The notes under the pieces were generated by a model. That model was not told the DNA's origin, did not search any database, and saw only the letters and a program-made list of their open reading frames with translations. A DNA stretch of 64,000 nucleotides from a bacterium. GTDB lineage: Bacteria; J088; JAWLBW01. Shown one piece after another: positions 1-8,327 of this stretch. Numbering within the stretch: the first letter of the stretch is position 1; each line of letters starts with the position of its first letter. The stretch covers positions 186,001 to 250,000 of the forward strand of contig JAWLHK010000006.1 in NCBI GenBank assembly GCA_041690355.1, written 5' to 3'. The translations under genes and the position numbers were made by a program.

Positions 1-162
1 CAGGTGCTGCAGGGCGCGTGCGGGCCCGTCCGGTTCCGCTTCGGCGTCAAGCCTGATTTCGGGGGTCTCTCCGGTCAGTTCTGGGCTGACTTCCAGAACC
101 CTGTCTGTGCGGGGGGTGACCCCTGCTCGTTCCAGGGGGTGCTCGAGCTGGCCGAACCCTGA
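1..162 (+). CDS. 3' end of a hypothetical protein (partial; ...QVLQGACGPVRFRFGVKPDFGGLSGQFWADFQNPVCAGGDPCSFQGVLELAEP*)
   Basis: Frame +1 is open from base 1 to TGA at 160-162 and is followed by a terminator hairpin. Confidence 0.55.
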   Translation, partial: QVLQGACGPVRFRFGVKPDFGGLSGQFWADFQNPVCAGGDPCSFQGVLELAEP

Positions 163-187
163 CCGAACCGTTACGTCGACACCATCG

Positions 188-227
188 AGGCCGTTCTCCC
201 ACGCGGGAGAACGGCCTTTCCTGTTTC
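188..227 (+). terminator. Intrinsic terminator
   Basis: AGGCCGTTCTCCC-acgc-GGGAGAACGGCCT 13-bp stem followed by a T-rich tract. Confidence 0.8.
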
Positions 228-348
228 TGTCTCCTTTCGATTCCGGGGATGCCTTGTCCATAGGGAGAGAACCTGCTCACTGTGGTCGACGAGGAAATTG
301 CTCCGCCGAGTGGGCCAATTTGGGGAAAAGCCTCGACATGACGCCCAC

Positions 349-378
349 TTGACAAGTAAGCCGTTGCCCATATATACT
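349..378 (+). promoter_or_regulatory. sigma70-type promoter of the 467..1687 lipoprotein gene
   Basis: TTGACA (349-354), 18-nt spacer, TATACT (373-378). Confidence 0.75.
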
Positions 379-466
379 TTGTCGTTCCAAAATTTTTTGC
401 CGTTTTGAACGGCTCGATCTGGGGAGGGTCCCCGGGATGAACAACAGGAGAGGAGATATCCTTACT

Positions 467-1687
467 ATGAAGAAGCTTCTGACGTACTCGGCGCTCATGC
501 TGCCCCTGGTGGCCTGCTCGCCGACGGCTGAGGAACTGGCTGACGCCATCGCCGCCGGCGATGCCGGTTCGGTCACTTATGTGAACACCGACCTTGGCCT
601 GAAGGTCAACGTCCAGTACACGGCCGAGTACACCGAAAGCCTGCTCGAACAGCACTTCCGCGTGGTCGAAGGCGCCGAAGCCGTCGAACAGGTCGGCACC
701 GACGCCACCAAGAAGGGCGACAAGGTCACGGTCGAGGCTTCGGCCGGCGGCTCGCAGACCCTGCACATCATCGGCAAGACGACCGACCGCGGCCTGCCGT
801 GGGACAACGATTCGATCGTGTACAACCGCGTCGGCTACCTCGTCGAAGCCCGCGACGTCGCGAGTGTCGATTCGGAGAAGACGACCATCATCGCCGGTTC
901 GCTGACGATCGAAAACCTGGTCGAATCGACGACGCGTGACCGCGTCGGTCAGTTCGTGCTTTCGGGTGACGCCATCGGCGACATCGACGCCGACTACATC
1001 AGCGGCGACACGATTCAGCCGTTCAACGGCCACATCGGCCGCATGAACCCGCGCAACGGCGAGTTCTGGATCGGCAACACGATGTTCGGCGACGCCATCT
1101 TCCGCGTGCTCGGCACCGAAGCCCTGACCATCGCGGTCAACGGCAAGGACACGAACGTCACGGCCGTCAAGGTTGAAGTGCGCGAAGCCGTTCAGGGCCC
1201 CGTGCAGGCCGACCTGATCGAAGCCTGCTTCGAAACGACGAAGGCCGGCGACGCCACCAACATCGACGCTCTGGATTGCCCCCCGGTGATCATCGCCTCG
1301 ACCGAATGGTGGTACCGCAACATGCTGGTCAAGGCCGAGCGCAGCGTCGTCTTCGTGAGCCCCGACGGCGATTGGCTTGAAGTCGACGGCTCCACGGGCA
1401 CGACCAAGTTCGACCAGGGTTACGGCTTCGAGCTCTTCCAGAACTGCGACCACGACCAGGACGCCGGCGCCACGACGGCCGAAGTCGCCTGCCGCTTCTT
1501 CAGCGACAACGACCAGGACCCCGCCGTGCAGCTCTACACCGCCGGTGGTCCGTCGGTCGACTTCTCGGCCAACGCCGCCACGAAGTACTTCCACTATGTT
1601 CAGGAAACGTGGAACCAGAGCTGGGCCGTCACCGCGATCGACGACAAGGAAGTCGAAGAGATCGGTGGCGCGGCCGCTGCCGAGTAA
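467..1687 (+). CDS. Hypothetical acidic lipoprotein (406 aa)
   Basis: AGGAGAGGAG SD upstream; MKKLLTYSALMLPLVA-C lipobox; own promoter and terminator; no family recognised. Confidence 0.85.
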   Translation: MKKLLTYSALMLPLVACSPTAEELADAIAAGDAGSVTYVNTDLGLKVNVQYTAEYTESLLEQHFRVVEGAEAVEQVGTDATKKGDKVTVEASAGGSQTLHIIGKTTDRGLPWDNDSIVYNRVGYLVEARDVASVDSEKTTIIAGSLTIENLVESTTRDRVGQFVLSGDAIGDIDADYISGDTIQPFNGHIGRMNPRNGEFWIGNTMFGDAIFRVLGTEALTIAVNGKDTNVTAVKVEVREAVQGPVQADLIEACFETTKAGDATNIDALDCPPVIIASTEWWYRNMLVKAERSVVFVSPDGDWLEVDGSTGTTKFDQGYGFELFQNCDHDQDAGATTAEVACRFFSDNDQDPAVQLYTAGGPSVDFSANAATKYFHYVQETWNQSWAVTAIDDKEVEEIGGAAAAE

Positions 1688-1712
1688 TCGGACGCAGCTG
1701 ACTGCTTGATTC

Positions 1713-1746
1713 AGGCCTCCGGCGGCAACGCCGGAGGCCTTTTTTC
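1713..1746 (+). terminator. Intrinsic terminator
   Basis: AGGCCTCCGGCG-gcaa-CGCCGGAGGCCT followed by TTTTT. Confidence 0.9.
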
Positions 1747-1778
1747 GTTTGGGTGGAACCGCGTTCGGATCGCGCGAA

Positions 1779-1820
1779 GACTGTGGACTGACGACTGACG
1801 ACTGAATATTGAAGACTGAC
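1779..1820. repeat. Heptamer tandem repeat (GACTGAC-like, about 6 units)
   Basis: gactgtg gactgac gactgac gactgaa tattgaa gactgac; 23-nt near-copy at 55512-55534. Confidence 0.8.
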
Positions 1821-3424
1821 TAAGCCGTCCTGCGTGCGAGCACTTCGTAGGCCCGCACGGTAGCCGTTTTGCCCTTCAGGGATTTCTCGCCCAGGTCGTT
1901 GAAGTCGAACAGGTCGCGCACCTGCGAAAACGTCTGCGCGCCGATCGTCACGGCATTGGGTCGCCCGATGCTCTCGATGCGTTGGGCCGTGTTGACGGCG
2001 TCGCCGATGACGGTGTACTCCATGCGGTTGCGGGCGCCGATGTCGCCGGCGATGACCGTGCCGGTGTTGATGCCGATGCGTATCTGAAAGCGCTTTCGCT
2101 CGTCGATGTGCGAGTGAAAGTCGCGCAGGGCCTCGAGCATGTCCTGCGCCGCCAGAATGGCGTGCGCGGCGTCGTTGCCGTGGCTGATCGGGGCGCCGAA
2201 GATGGCCATGATGGCGTCGCCGATGAACTTGTTGACGCTCCCCTTGTGGCGGAAAATGACCTTCGTCATCAGGTCGAAGTACCAGTTCAGCAGCTCGGCC
2301 AGTTCCGCCGGTCGCAGGCGTTCTGAAAGCGGTGTGAAGCCGACGATGTCGCTGAACAGAATCGTCGCCTGCCGCTCGCTCACGCTCTGCACGGCCGCTT
2401 CTGCGCCCGTGCGGCTGAGAATCAGATCGACTACGTCGGGGCTGTGGTAGCGGGCGAGGTGCGAGCGGCGCACCGCCTCTTCCTGCAGCCGGCTTTGCAG
2501 ATCGTGCTGCTTGAGCCCGAGGGCGAGAAGGTTCGCGATACCGGTGACCAGCTCCAGCTCACGGTCGCCGAACGCGTCGCGCTGCTGCAGGTTGTCGAGG
2601 TAGAGCACCCCGTAGATTTCCTGATCGTTCCACAGCGGCACGGCGAGCACGCTTCGCAGGCTGTAGGCGGCGATGCTCTGACCGCCCAGAAAGCGCGGGT
2701 CGTGCTGGGCGTCGCCCGAGAGTACCGCCGCCCGCTCCTTCACGGCGCGCTCGAGAATCGAGCTCGAAGCCACGAACCCGCCCGGCGTTTCGTCGACGCT
2801 GCGGTGGAACTGGAGGGTGAGGGCGCGGTCGGGCTCAAGGCGATAGATGGCCGCGCGGTGAACCCGCAGTGCCTGAAAAATCAGATCGACGGCCGACTCG
2901 AGCAGCTCTGTACTCGTCGTCGCATTCAGCAGAATACGGCCCAGCTGCGTGAGCACCGCGAAGGCGGGCCGATCGCGGCCCCGGTCTGCGCTGTCGGCCG
3001 TCGGCTCGCCGGCGCTCTGCCAGCCGACGAGCGCGCTCTGGACGTCGCCGTTGAGGGCCTGTGCCATTTCGTCGAGGCTGCGTACGACGAGCGGCTCGCC
3101 CGGGCTCGACCAGCGCGACGGCCGATCGTCGGGAAGCCGTTCCATGTAGAGCAGTTCCAGATTACCCGCGCGAACGATGTCGCCGTGGGTCAACGGGGTC
3201 ACGGCGCGGATGGGCTTGCCGTTGAGCAGGGTTCCGTTGGCGCTCCCCGCGTCGGAGACCCACGCCTGTCCTGACTGGAGGTCGAGGTGGAAATGTCGCC
3301 GCGAGCAGACGGCATCGGGGAGCACGATGTCGCAGTCGGGCGCCCGTCCGGCGACCAGACGTCCGCTCGGCGGAAGGGGCAGGGGAGCAACTCCCGTATC
3401 GTGCTGAAAAAGCAGAAAGGGCAC
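1820..3424 (-). CDS. FHA-GAF class III adenylate cyclase
   Basis: FHA motifs GR..DCDI / SRRH / SANGT; GAF (SVLAVPL, GVLYLD); cyclase FSDIVGFT, KFIGDAIMA, YTVIGDAVNTAQR. Start GTG 3424 preferred because GTG 3433 directly abuts the -10 box. Confidence 0.9.
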   Translation of the reverse strand: MPFLLFQHDTGVAPLPLPPSGRLVAGRAPDCDIVLPDAVCSRRHFHLDLQSGQAWVSDAGSANGTLLNGKPIRAVTPLTHGDIVRAGNLELLYMERLPDDRPSRWSSPGEPLVVRSLDEMAQALNGDVQSALVGWQSAGEPTADSADRGRDRPAFAVLTQLGRILLNATTSTELLESAVDLIFQALRVHRAAIYRLEPDRALTLQFHRSVDETPGGFVASSSILERAVKERAAVLSGDAQHDPRFLGGQSIAAYSLRSVLAVPLWNDQEIYGVLYLDNLQQRDAFGDRELELVTGIANLLALGLKQHDLQSRLQEEAVRRSHLARYHSPDVVDLILSRTGAEAAVQSVSERQATILFSDIVGFTPLSERLRPAELAELLNWYFDLMTKVIFRHKGSVNKFIGDAIMAIFGAPISHGNDAAHAILAAQDMLEALRDFHSHIDERKRFQIRIGINTGTVIAGDIGARNRMEYTVIGDAVNTAQRIESIGRPNAVTIGAQTFSQVRDLFDFNDLGEKSLKGKTATVRAYEVLARRTA

Positions 3425-3433
3425 AGGGAGCAC

Positions 3434-3463
3434 AGCTTACCCCCCCTTCTACAGGGCCGTCAA
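3434..3463 (-). promoter_or_regulatory. sigma70-type promoter of the adenylate cyclase gene
   Basis: Minus strand TTGACG-18 nt-TAAGCT. Confidence 0.55.
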
Positions 3464-3556
3464 GTGTGATATGTGCATCACGGTGTAACGTCGGGGTCAC
3501 TGCGCCCGACCGGGTTGGTAAATTCCAAGTCGTTGAAATTCCACCTGAAAAGGTTT

Positions 3557-3572
3557 TGGCACGGCCCTTGCT
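3557..3572 (+). promoter_or_regulatory. sigma54 (-24/-12) promoter upstream of lpxC
   Basis: TGGCAC-GGCCC-TTGCT matches TGGCACG-N4-TTGCW with exact spacing. Confidence 0.7.
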
Positions 3573-3587
3573 GAGGGGTGGGTCACC

Positions 3588-4481
3588 ATGCAGATGTATC
3601 AGACGACACTCGCCCGCAGCGTTTATGCCGAAGGAGTCGGCCTTCATACCGGCCGTCCTGCCGAACTCGTCCTGCACCCGGCACCCGCGGGTTCGGGCGT
3701 TCGTTTTCTGCGGGCCGACCTGGCGCATGCCGAACCGATTCCGGCCCTCTCGACGTCGATCATGGATACGCGCCTGGCGACGACCATCGCCAAGGGCGCG
3801 GCTTTCGTATCGACCACCGAGCACCTGCTTTCGGCGCTCTACGCGCTCGGCATCGACAACGTACTCGTCGAAGTCAACGGCCCCGAAGTTCCGATCTTCG
3901 ACGGTTCGGCCGCCCGGTTCGTCGACCTGGTGCGCGAAGCGGGCGTTCGCGAGCTTACCGCGCCGCGCAGCTATCTCGTGCCGACCGCCCCCGTCGAGAT
4001 CGCCGAAGGAGACAAGTGGATTCGCCTCGAGCCGCTGACCGACGGTCTGGAGATCGACTGCAGCATCGACTTTGCCCACGTCGCCATCGGGGCTCAGCGC
4101 TTTCAGGCCATGGTCGACGCCGACAGTTTCGTCTTCGGCATCTCCCGCGCGCGCACGTTCGGCTTTCTCCGTGAGCTCGAAGCGCTGCAGTCCTCGGGTC
4201 TCGGCCTGGGGGGCAGCCTCGAGAATGCGGTCGTGCTCGACGACGACAAGGTGGTCAATCCTGAAGGTCTGCGCTTCACCGACGAATTCGTGCGCCACAA
4301 GGCGCTCGACCTGCTCGGCGACCTGGCGCTCATCGGCCTCCCGCTGCTGGGCCGCGTGACCTCTCACAAGAGCGGCCATGCGCTCAACGGACGCCTCACG
4401 CGCTACCTCGTCGACAATCCGGGGTCCTGGGAGCGTTTCGTGCCGGCCGTGCCCGACCGGCTCGTCTACGCGGCCCGCTGA
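3588..4481 (+). CDS. lpxC: UDP-3-O-acyl-N-acetylglucosamine deacetylase
   Basis: [43 protein letters not shown] motifs. Confidence 0.97.
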   Translation: MQMYQTTLARSVYAEGVGLHTGRPAELVLHPAPAGSGVRFLRADLAHAEPIPALSTSIMDTRLATTIAKGAAFVSTTEHLLSALYALGIDNVLVEVNGPEVPIFDGSAARFVDLVREAGVRELTAPRSYLVPTAPVEIAEGDKWIRLEPLTDGLEIDCSIDFAHVAIGAQRFQAMVDADSFVFGISRARTFGFLRELEALQSSGLGLGGSLENAVVLDDDKVVNPEGLRFTDEFVRHKALDLLGDLALIGLPLLGRVTSHKSGHALNGRLTRYLVDNPGSWERFVPAVPDRLVYAAR

Positions 4482-4528
4482 TATCGCCCGAATTGGCGGA
4501 ACACTTTACAGGTTCTCTGAGAACCTGG

Positions 4529-4560
4529 GGGGCGCTCGAAGCGCCCCTTTTCTTTTTCTT
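4529..4560 (+). terminator. Intrinsic terminator after lpxC
   Basis: GGGGCGCT-cga-AGCGCCCC followed by TTTTCTTTTT. Confidence 0.8.
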
Positions 4561-4580
4561 CCTTCAGCCGCGACGGCGTC

Positions 4581-4609
4581 TTGCCGAGGGGACGAGTGTC
4601 CAGTACACT
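4581..4609 (+). promoter_or_regulatory. sigma70-type promoter of the thiolase gene
   Basis: TTGCCG-17 nt-TACACT. Confidence 0.6.
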
Positions 4610-4647
4610 CTCTCTTTTTCCCTTCACCTTCTTCGCAGGAGTACGCC

Positions 4648-5823
4648 ATGGCCGACGCCGTCATCGTTTCGACCGCCCGCACCGGGATCGGGAAAGCCTT
4701 CCGGGGCGGATTCAACAAGACCCATGGGGCCACGCTCGCCGGTCACGTCATTCGCGCCGCCGTCGAACGGGCGGGGATCGATCCGGCCGAAGTCGAAGAC
4801 GTCATTCTGGGCTGCGGGCTGCCTGAAGGGGCCACCGGCCACAACGTGGCGCGCAATGCCGCCATCCGCGCCGGGCTGCCGGTCACGACGTCGGGCACCA
4901 CCGTCAACCGCTTCTGCTCATCGGGCCTGCAGGCGATTTCAATGGCCGCCCAGCGGGTCATCGTCGACCGCGTGCCGGTCATGGTGGCCGGCGGCGTCGA
5001 ATCGATCAGTCTCGTGCAGAACAACATGAACCTGAACCACTTCACCGACGAATGGCTCATGCAGCACAAGCCCGAGCTGTGGATGCCGATGATCCAGACG
5101 GCCGAAGTGGTCGCCGAGCGCTACAAGGTCAGCCGCGAAGCGCAGGACGAATACGCGCTGCAGAGCCAGCAGCGCACGGCGGCCGGCCAGGCGGCCGGTA
5201 AGTTCGACGACGAGATCGTGGCCATGACCACGAAGATGGACGTCAAGGACAAGGCCACCGGCGAAACCCGCGTCGAAGAGGTCACCGTGACCAAAGACGA
5301 AGGTAACCGCGCCGACACGACCCTCGAAAAGCTGCAGTCGCTCGGCCCTGTGGCCGGCGGTTCGGTCACGGCCGGCAATGCGAGCCAGCTCTCCGATGGC
5401 GCGTCGGCCGTCGTGGTCATGGACGCGAAGCTGGCCGAACAGCGCGGGCTGCAGCCCCTCGGCATCTATCGCGGCCTCGTCGTCAGCGGCTGCGAGCCTG
5501 ACGAGATGGGTATCGGCCCGGTCTTCGCCATTCCGAAGCTGCTCGAACGCACCGGGCTCAAGATGGATGATATCGGCCTCTGGGAGCTGAACGAGGCTTT
5601 CGCCGTGCAGACGCTGTACTGCCGTGACAAACTCGGCATCCCGAACGACCGCCTGAACGTGAACGGCGGCGCCATCTCCATCGGTCACCCCTACGGCATG
5701 TCGGGGGCCCGCATGGTCGGCCACGCGCTGATCGAGGGCAAGCGCCGCGGGGCGAAATATGTCGTCGTGACGATGTGCGTCGGCGGCGGCATGGGGGCCG
5801 CGGGGCTCTTCGAAGTCGCCTGA
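4648..5823 (+). CDS. Acetyl-CoA C-acyltransferase (thiolase)
   Basis: [10 protein letters not shown] (catalytic Cys), [31 protein letters not shown]. Confidence 0.96.
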   Translation: MADAVIVSTARTGIGKAFRGGFNKTHGATLAGHVIRAAVERAGIDPAEVEDVILGCGLPEGATGHNVARNAAIRAGLPVTTSGTTVNRFCSSGLQAISMAAQRVIVDRVPVMVAGGVESISLVQNNMNLNHFTDEWLMQHKPELWMPMIQTAEVVAERYKVSREAQDEYALQSQQRTAAGQAAGKFDDEIVAMTTKMDVKDKATGETRVEEVTVTKDEGNRADTTLEKLQSLGPVAGGSVTAGNASQLSDGASAVVVMDAKLAEQRGLQPLGIYRGLVVSGCEPDEMGIGPVFAIPKLLERTGLKMDDIGLWELNEAFAVQTLYCRDKLGIPNDRLNVNGGAISIGHPYGMSGARMVGHALIEGKRRGAKYVVVTMCVGGGMGAAGLFEVA

Positions 5824-5843
5824 TCCGCATCCCGCACTTTCGG

Positions 5844-5884
5844 CGCCGCGGTTCTCTTCGCAGGGATCCGCGGCGTTTTCGTTT
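5844..5884 (+). terminator. Probable intrinsic terminator
   Basis: CGCCGCGG...CCGCGGCG stem followed by TTTTCGTTT. Confidence 0.6.
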
Positions 5885-5888
5885 CCGG

Positions 5889-6338
5889 CTAGCGACCGAG
5901 CGAGATTACGTAGGCAATCATGCCGATGCCGCCCAGGATCAGGATGATCGAGAGCACGACGCTCAGGCCCATGCCGGGCAGCCGGTCGGTAACCCCCTCG
6001 CGCACCTTGCGCACGTACCGCACGTGGTCGATCAGGGCGACCAGATTGACGAGGACGCCGAGGGCCAGAAGGCCGGTACCGATCCAGGCCGAGAACGTGA
6101 AATCGCCTGCGTCGACGTTGGCGGTGCGCACTTCGTGGAGAAACAGACCGAAGCGCGCGACAACGAAACCAAAGGCCATGAGGGCGATTCCGGTACGAAT
6201 CCACGAGAGCAGGTTGCGCTGCGAGGCCAGGAGCACGCGCGGATCCACCTCGTAGCCCGCCGCGGGTTTCGGGGCGGGCAGGCCGCCGTCTGCAAGATCG
6301 TCTTCGAGGGAGGTTTCGCGCCTGGGATCCGAGGTCAC
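5889..6338 (-). CDS. YidH/DUF202 family membrane protein
   Basis: DPRVLLASQRNLLSWIRTGIALMAFGFVVARF motif and three TM segments; GTG start 6 nt after TACAAT. Confidence 0.85.
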   Translation of the reverse strand: MTSDPRRETSLEDDLADGGLPAPKPAAGYEVDPRVLLASQRNLLSWIRTGIALMAFGFVVARFGLFLHEVRTANVDAGDFTFSAWIGTGLLALGVLVNLVALIDHVRYVRKVREGVTDRLPGMGLSVVLSIILILGGIGMIAYVISLGR

Positions 6339-6481
6339 GTTCTCATTGTAGCCTGTAAACAGATCGGTGCGAGCCCGTCGGCCCATGTCGCCGCTCGGAA
6401 GGCATTGCGCCCTGCGGGTCGCCTCCCGGCCTGTGCGGGCCGAGGGTCAGCACCGCGTCGGGCTTCGGCTAGACTGGGCGC

Positions 6482-6739
6482 ATGCGACGATGGCTTGCCG
6501 CGCTGGCCGTGCTCCTCGTGATCCTGGTGGGACTCATGTACGTGAAGTCTGACTGGGAGGCCGGCCGCGAGAACACCCTCGAGCTCGATCGGATTCCCGA
6601 AGAGCGCGTCGGCGTACCCGACGAATCCGCGCAGGAGAGCGCCGTGCCGGCCACCGGGGTCACCGGGGGGGCCGAGCGCACGACCATACCCCCCGGAGAG
6701 CCGCCGGCCGAGGTGCTGAACAGTCCGTATCCCGACTGA
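6482..6739 (+). CDS. Small hypothetical membrane-anchored protein (85 aa)
   Basis: N-terminal hydrophobic helix, acidic Pro-rich tail; TAGACT 6 nt before ATG. Confidence 0.65.
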   Translation: MRRWLAALAVLLVILVGLMYVKSDWEAGRENTLELDRIPEERVGVPDESAQESAVPATGVTGGAERTTIPPGEPPAEVLNSPYPD

Positions 6740-6749
6740 CGACCGGTTC

Positions 6750-8282
6750 TCAGACGGGCAGAACGCCGCGCCGCTTCGGAGCCGGCTCCTTGACCTTCGA
6801 TTCGTAGGCCGCGAGGCGCATCGACAGTTCGCGGCGCAGATCGCGCGCCTCGACGATCTGGTCGACGATGAGGTCCGAGGCCAGGCGCTGGATGTTGATA
6901 TCTTCCTTGTACTCCTCGCGCTTCTGGGCCACCCACGCATCCCGCTCGCCTTCGGGCAGCTCGGCGATCTTGTTGGCGTACACCGCATTGATGGCCGCTT
7001 CGGGACCCATGACCGCGATCATGGCCCCGGGCAGGGCGATGCAGACGTCGGGCTCGAAGGCCGGGCCGGCCATGGCATAGAGCCCCGCGCCGTAGGCCTT
7101 GCGCACGACGACCGAGATCTTCGGCACCGTCGCCTCGCTGACCGCCGAAATCATCTTGGCGCCATGGCGGATGATGCCGCCGCGCTCGACCGCCGAGCCG
7201 ATCATGAAGCCGGGCACATCGGCGAGAAAGAGCAAGGGAATGCGAAAGGCGTCGCACAGCCAGATGAAGCGGGCCGCCTTGTCGGCGCTGTCGGAGAAGA
7301 GCACGCCCCCCTTGAACATCGGCTGATTCGCCAGGATGCCCACCGTGCGACCATCGATGCGGGCGAGCACGGTGATGAGTTCCTTGGCGAAGAGCTTCTT
7401 GATGTCAAAAATGGAGCCCTCGTCGACGAGCGCTTCGATGAAGTGGGCCATGTTGAAGAGCTTGTTCTGGTCGGCCGGCACGATCTGATCGATGGCCTTC
7501 TTCGTCGACGGCGCTTTCGCTTCGGCCTGGGGCGGCGTCCCCCGATGATTCTGGGGGAAGTAGGCGAGGTAGTCGCGGCACAGATCGAGCGCTTCTTCTT
7601 CGGTCTTGCAGAGGACGTCGCCGCAGCCGCTCACGCTGCAGTGCATCTTCGCGCCCCCCATCTCTTCGAGGCTCACTTTCTCGCCGACCACCATCTCGGC
7701 CATGCGGGGCGAACCCAGGTACATGCTCGCGTTGCCCTCGACCATGAAGACGATGTCACAGAAGGCCGGAATATAGGCTCCCCCGGCGGCGGCCGGCCCG
7801 AAGAGCAGGCAGATCTGCGGCACGCGGCCGCTCAGCTGCACCTGATTGTAGAAGATGCGCCCTGCGCCGCGGCGTCCGGGAAACATCTGAATCTGGTCCG
7901 TGATGCGCGCCCCGGCAGAGTCGTCCAGGTAAATGATCGGGATCTCGAGCGAGGCCGCCGTCTCCTGAATACGCAGGATCTTCTCGACGGTGCGCCATCC
8001 CCAGGAGCCGGCCTTCACGGTCGAGTCGTTCGCCATGATGGCGACCGGGCGCCCATGGATCCGGCCCACGCCGCATACCACGCCGTCGGCGGGCAGATCG
8101 CCGGCGAGCACATTGGCGAAGAGGCCGTCTTCGACGAAGCTTTCCGGATCGAGAAGCCGCTTCAGGCGATCGCGAACGAAGAGTTTTCCCTTCTGCAGAT
8201 TGGCTTCGTGGTATTTCGGCGCCCCGCCTTTGTGAATTTCGGCGCTCACTTCGGAAAGAGGCTTGTCCTGCTGGTCAATCAT
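6750..8282 (-). CDS. Acyl-CoA carboxylase carboxyltransferase (beta) subunit, methylcrotonyl-CoA carboxylase-like
   Basis: KGKLFVRDRL, DSAGARI, AAGGAYIPA, DVPGFMIG, RKAYGAG; next to HMG-CoA lyase. Confidence 0.93.
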   Translation of the reverse strand: MIDQQDKPLSEVSAEIHKGGAPKYHEANLQKGKLFVRDRLKRLLDPESFVEDGLFANVLAGDLPADGVVCGVGRIHGRPVAIMANDSTVKAGSWGWRTVEKILRIQETAASLEIPIIYLDDSAGARITDQIQMFPGRRGAGRIFYNQVQLSGRVPQICLLFGPAAAGGAYIPAFCDIVFMVEGNASMYLGSPRMAEMVVGEKVSLEEMGGAKMHCSVSGCGDVLCKTEEEALDLCRDYLAYFPQNHRGTPPQAEAKAPSTKKAIDQIVPADQNKLFNMAHFIEALVDEGSIFDIKKLFAKELITVLARIDGRTVGILANQPMFKGGVLFSDSADKAARFIWLCDAFRIPLLFLADVPGFMIGSAVERGGIIRHGAKMISAVSEATVPKISVVVRKAYGAGLYAMAGPAFEPDVCIALPGAMIAVMGPEAAINAVYANKIAELPEGERDAWVAQKREEYKEDINIQRLASDLIVDQIVEARDLRRELSMRLAAYESKVKEPAPKRRGVLPV

Positions 8283-8327
8283 GGAAAAACTCCTCGCGTA
8301 CTGAAAAAGGCGTGTGGGAGGTCAAAC

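Noticed and set aside
47-1594. 515-aa minus-strand ORF
   Set aside because: Antisense shadow of the lipoprotein gene, which has promoter, SD, lipobox and terminator
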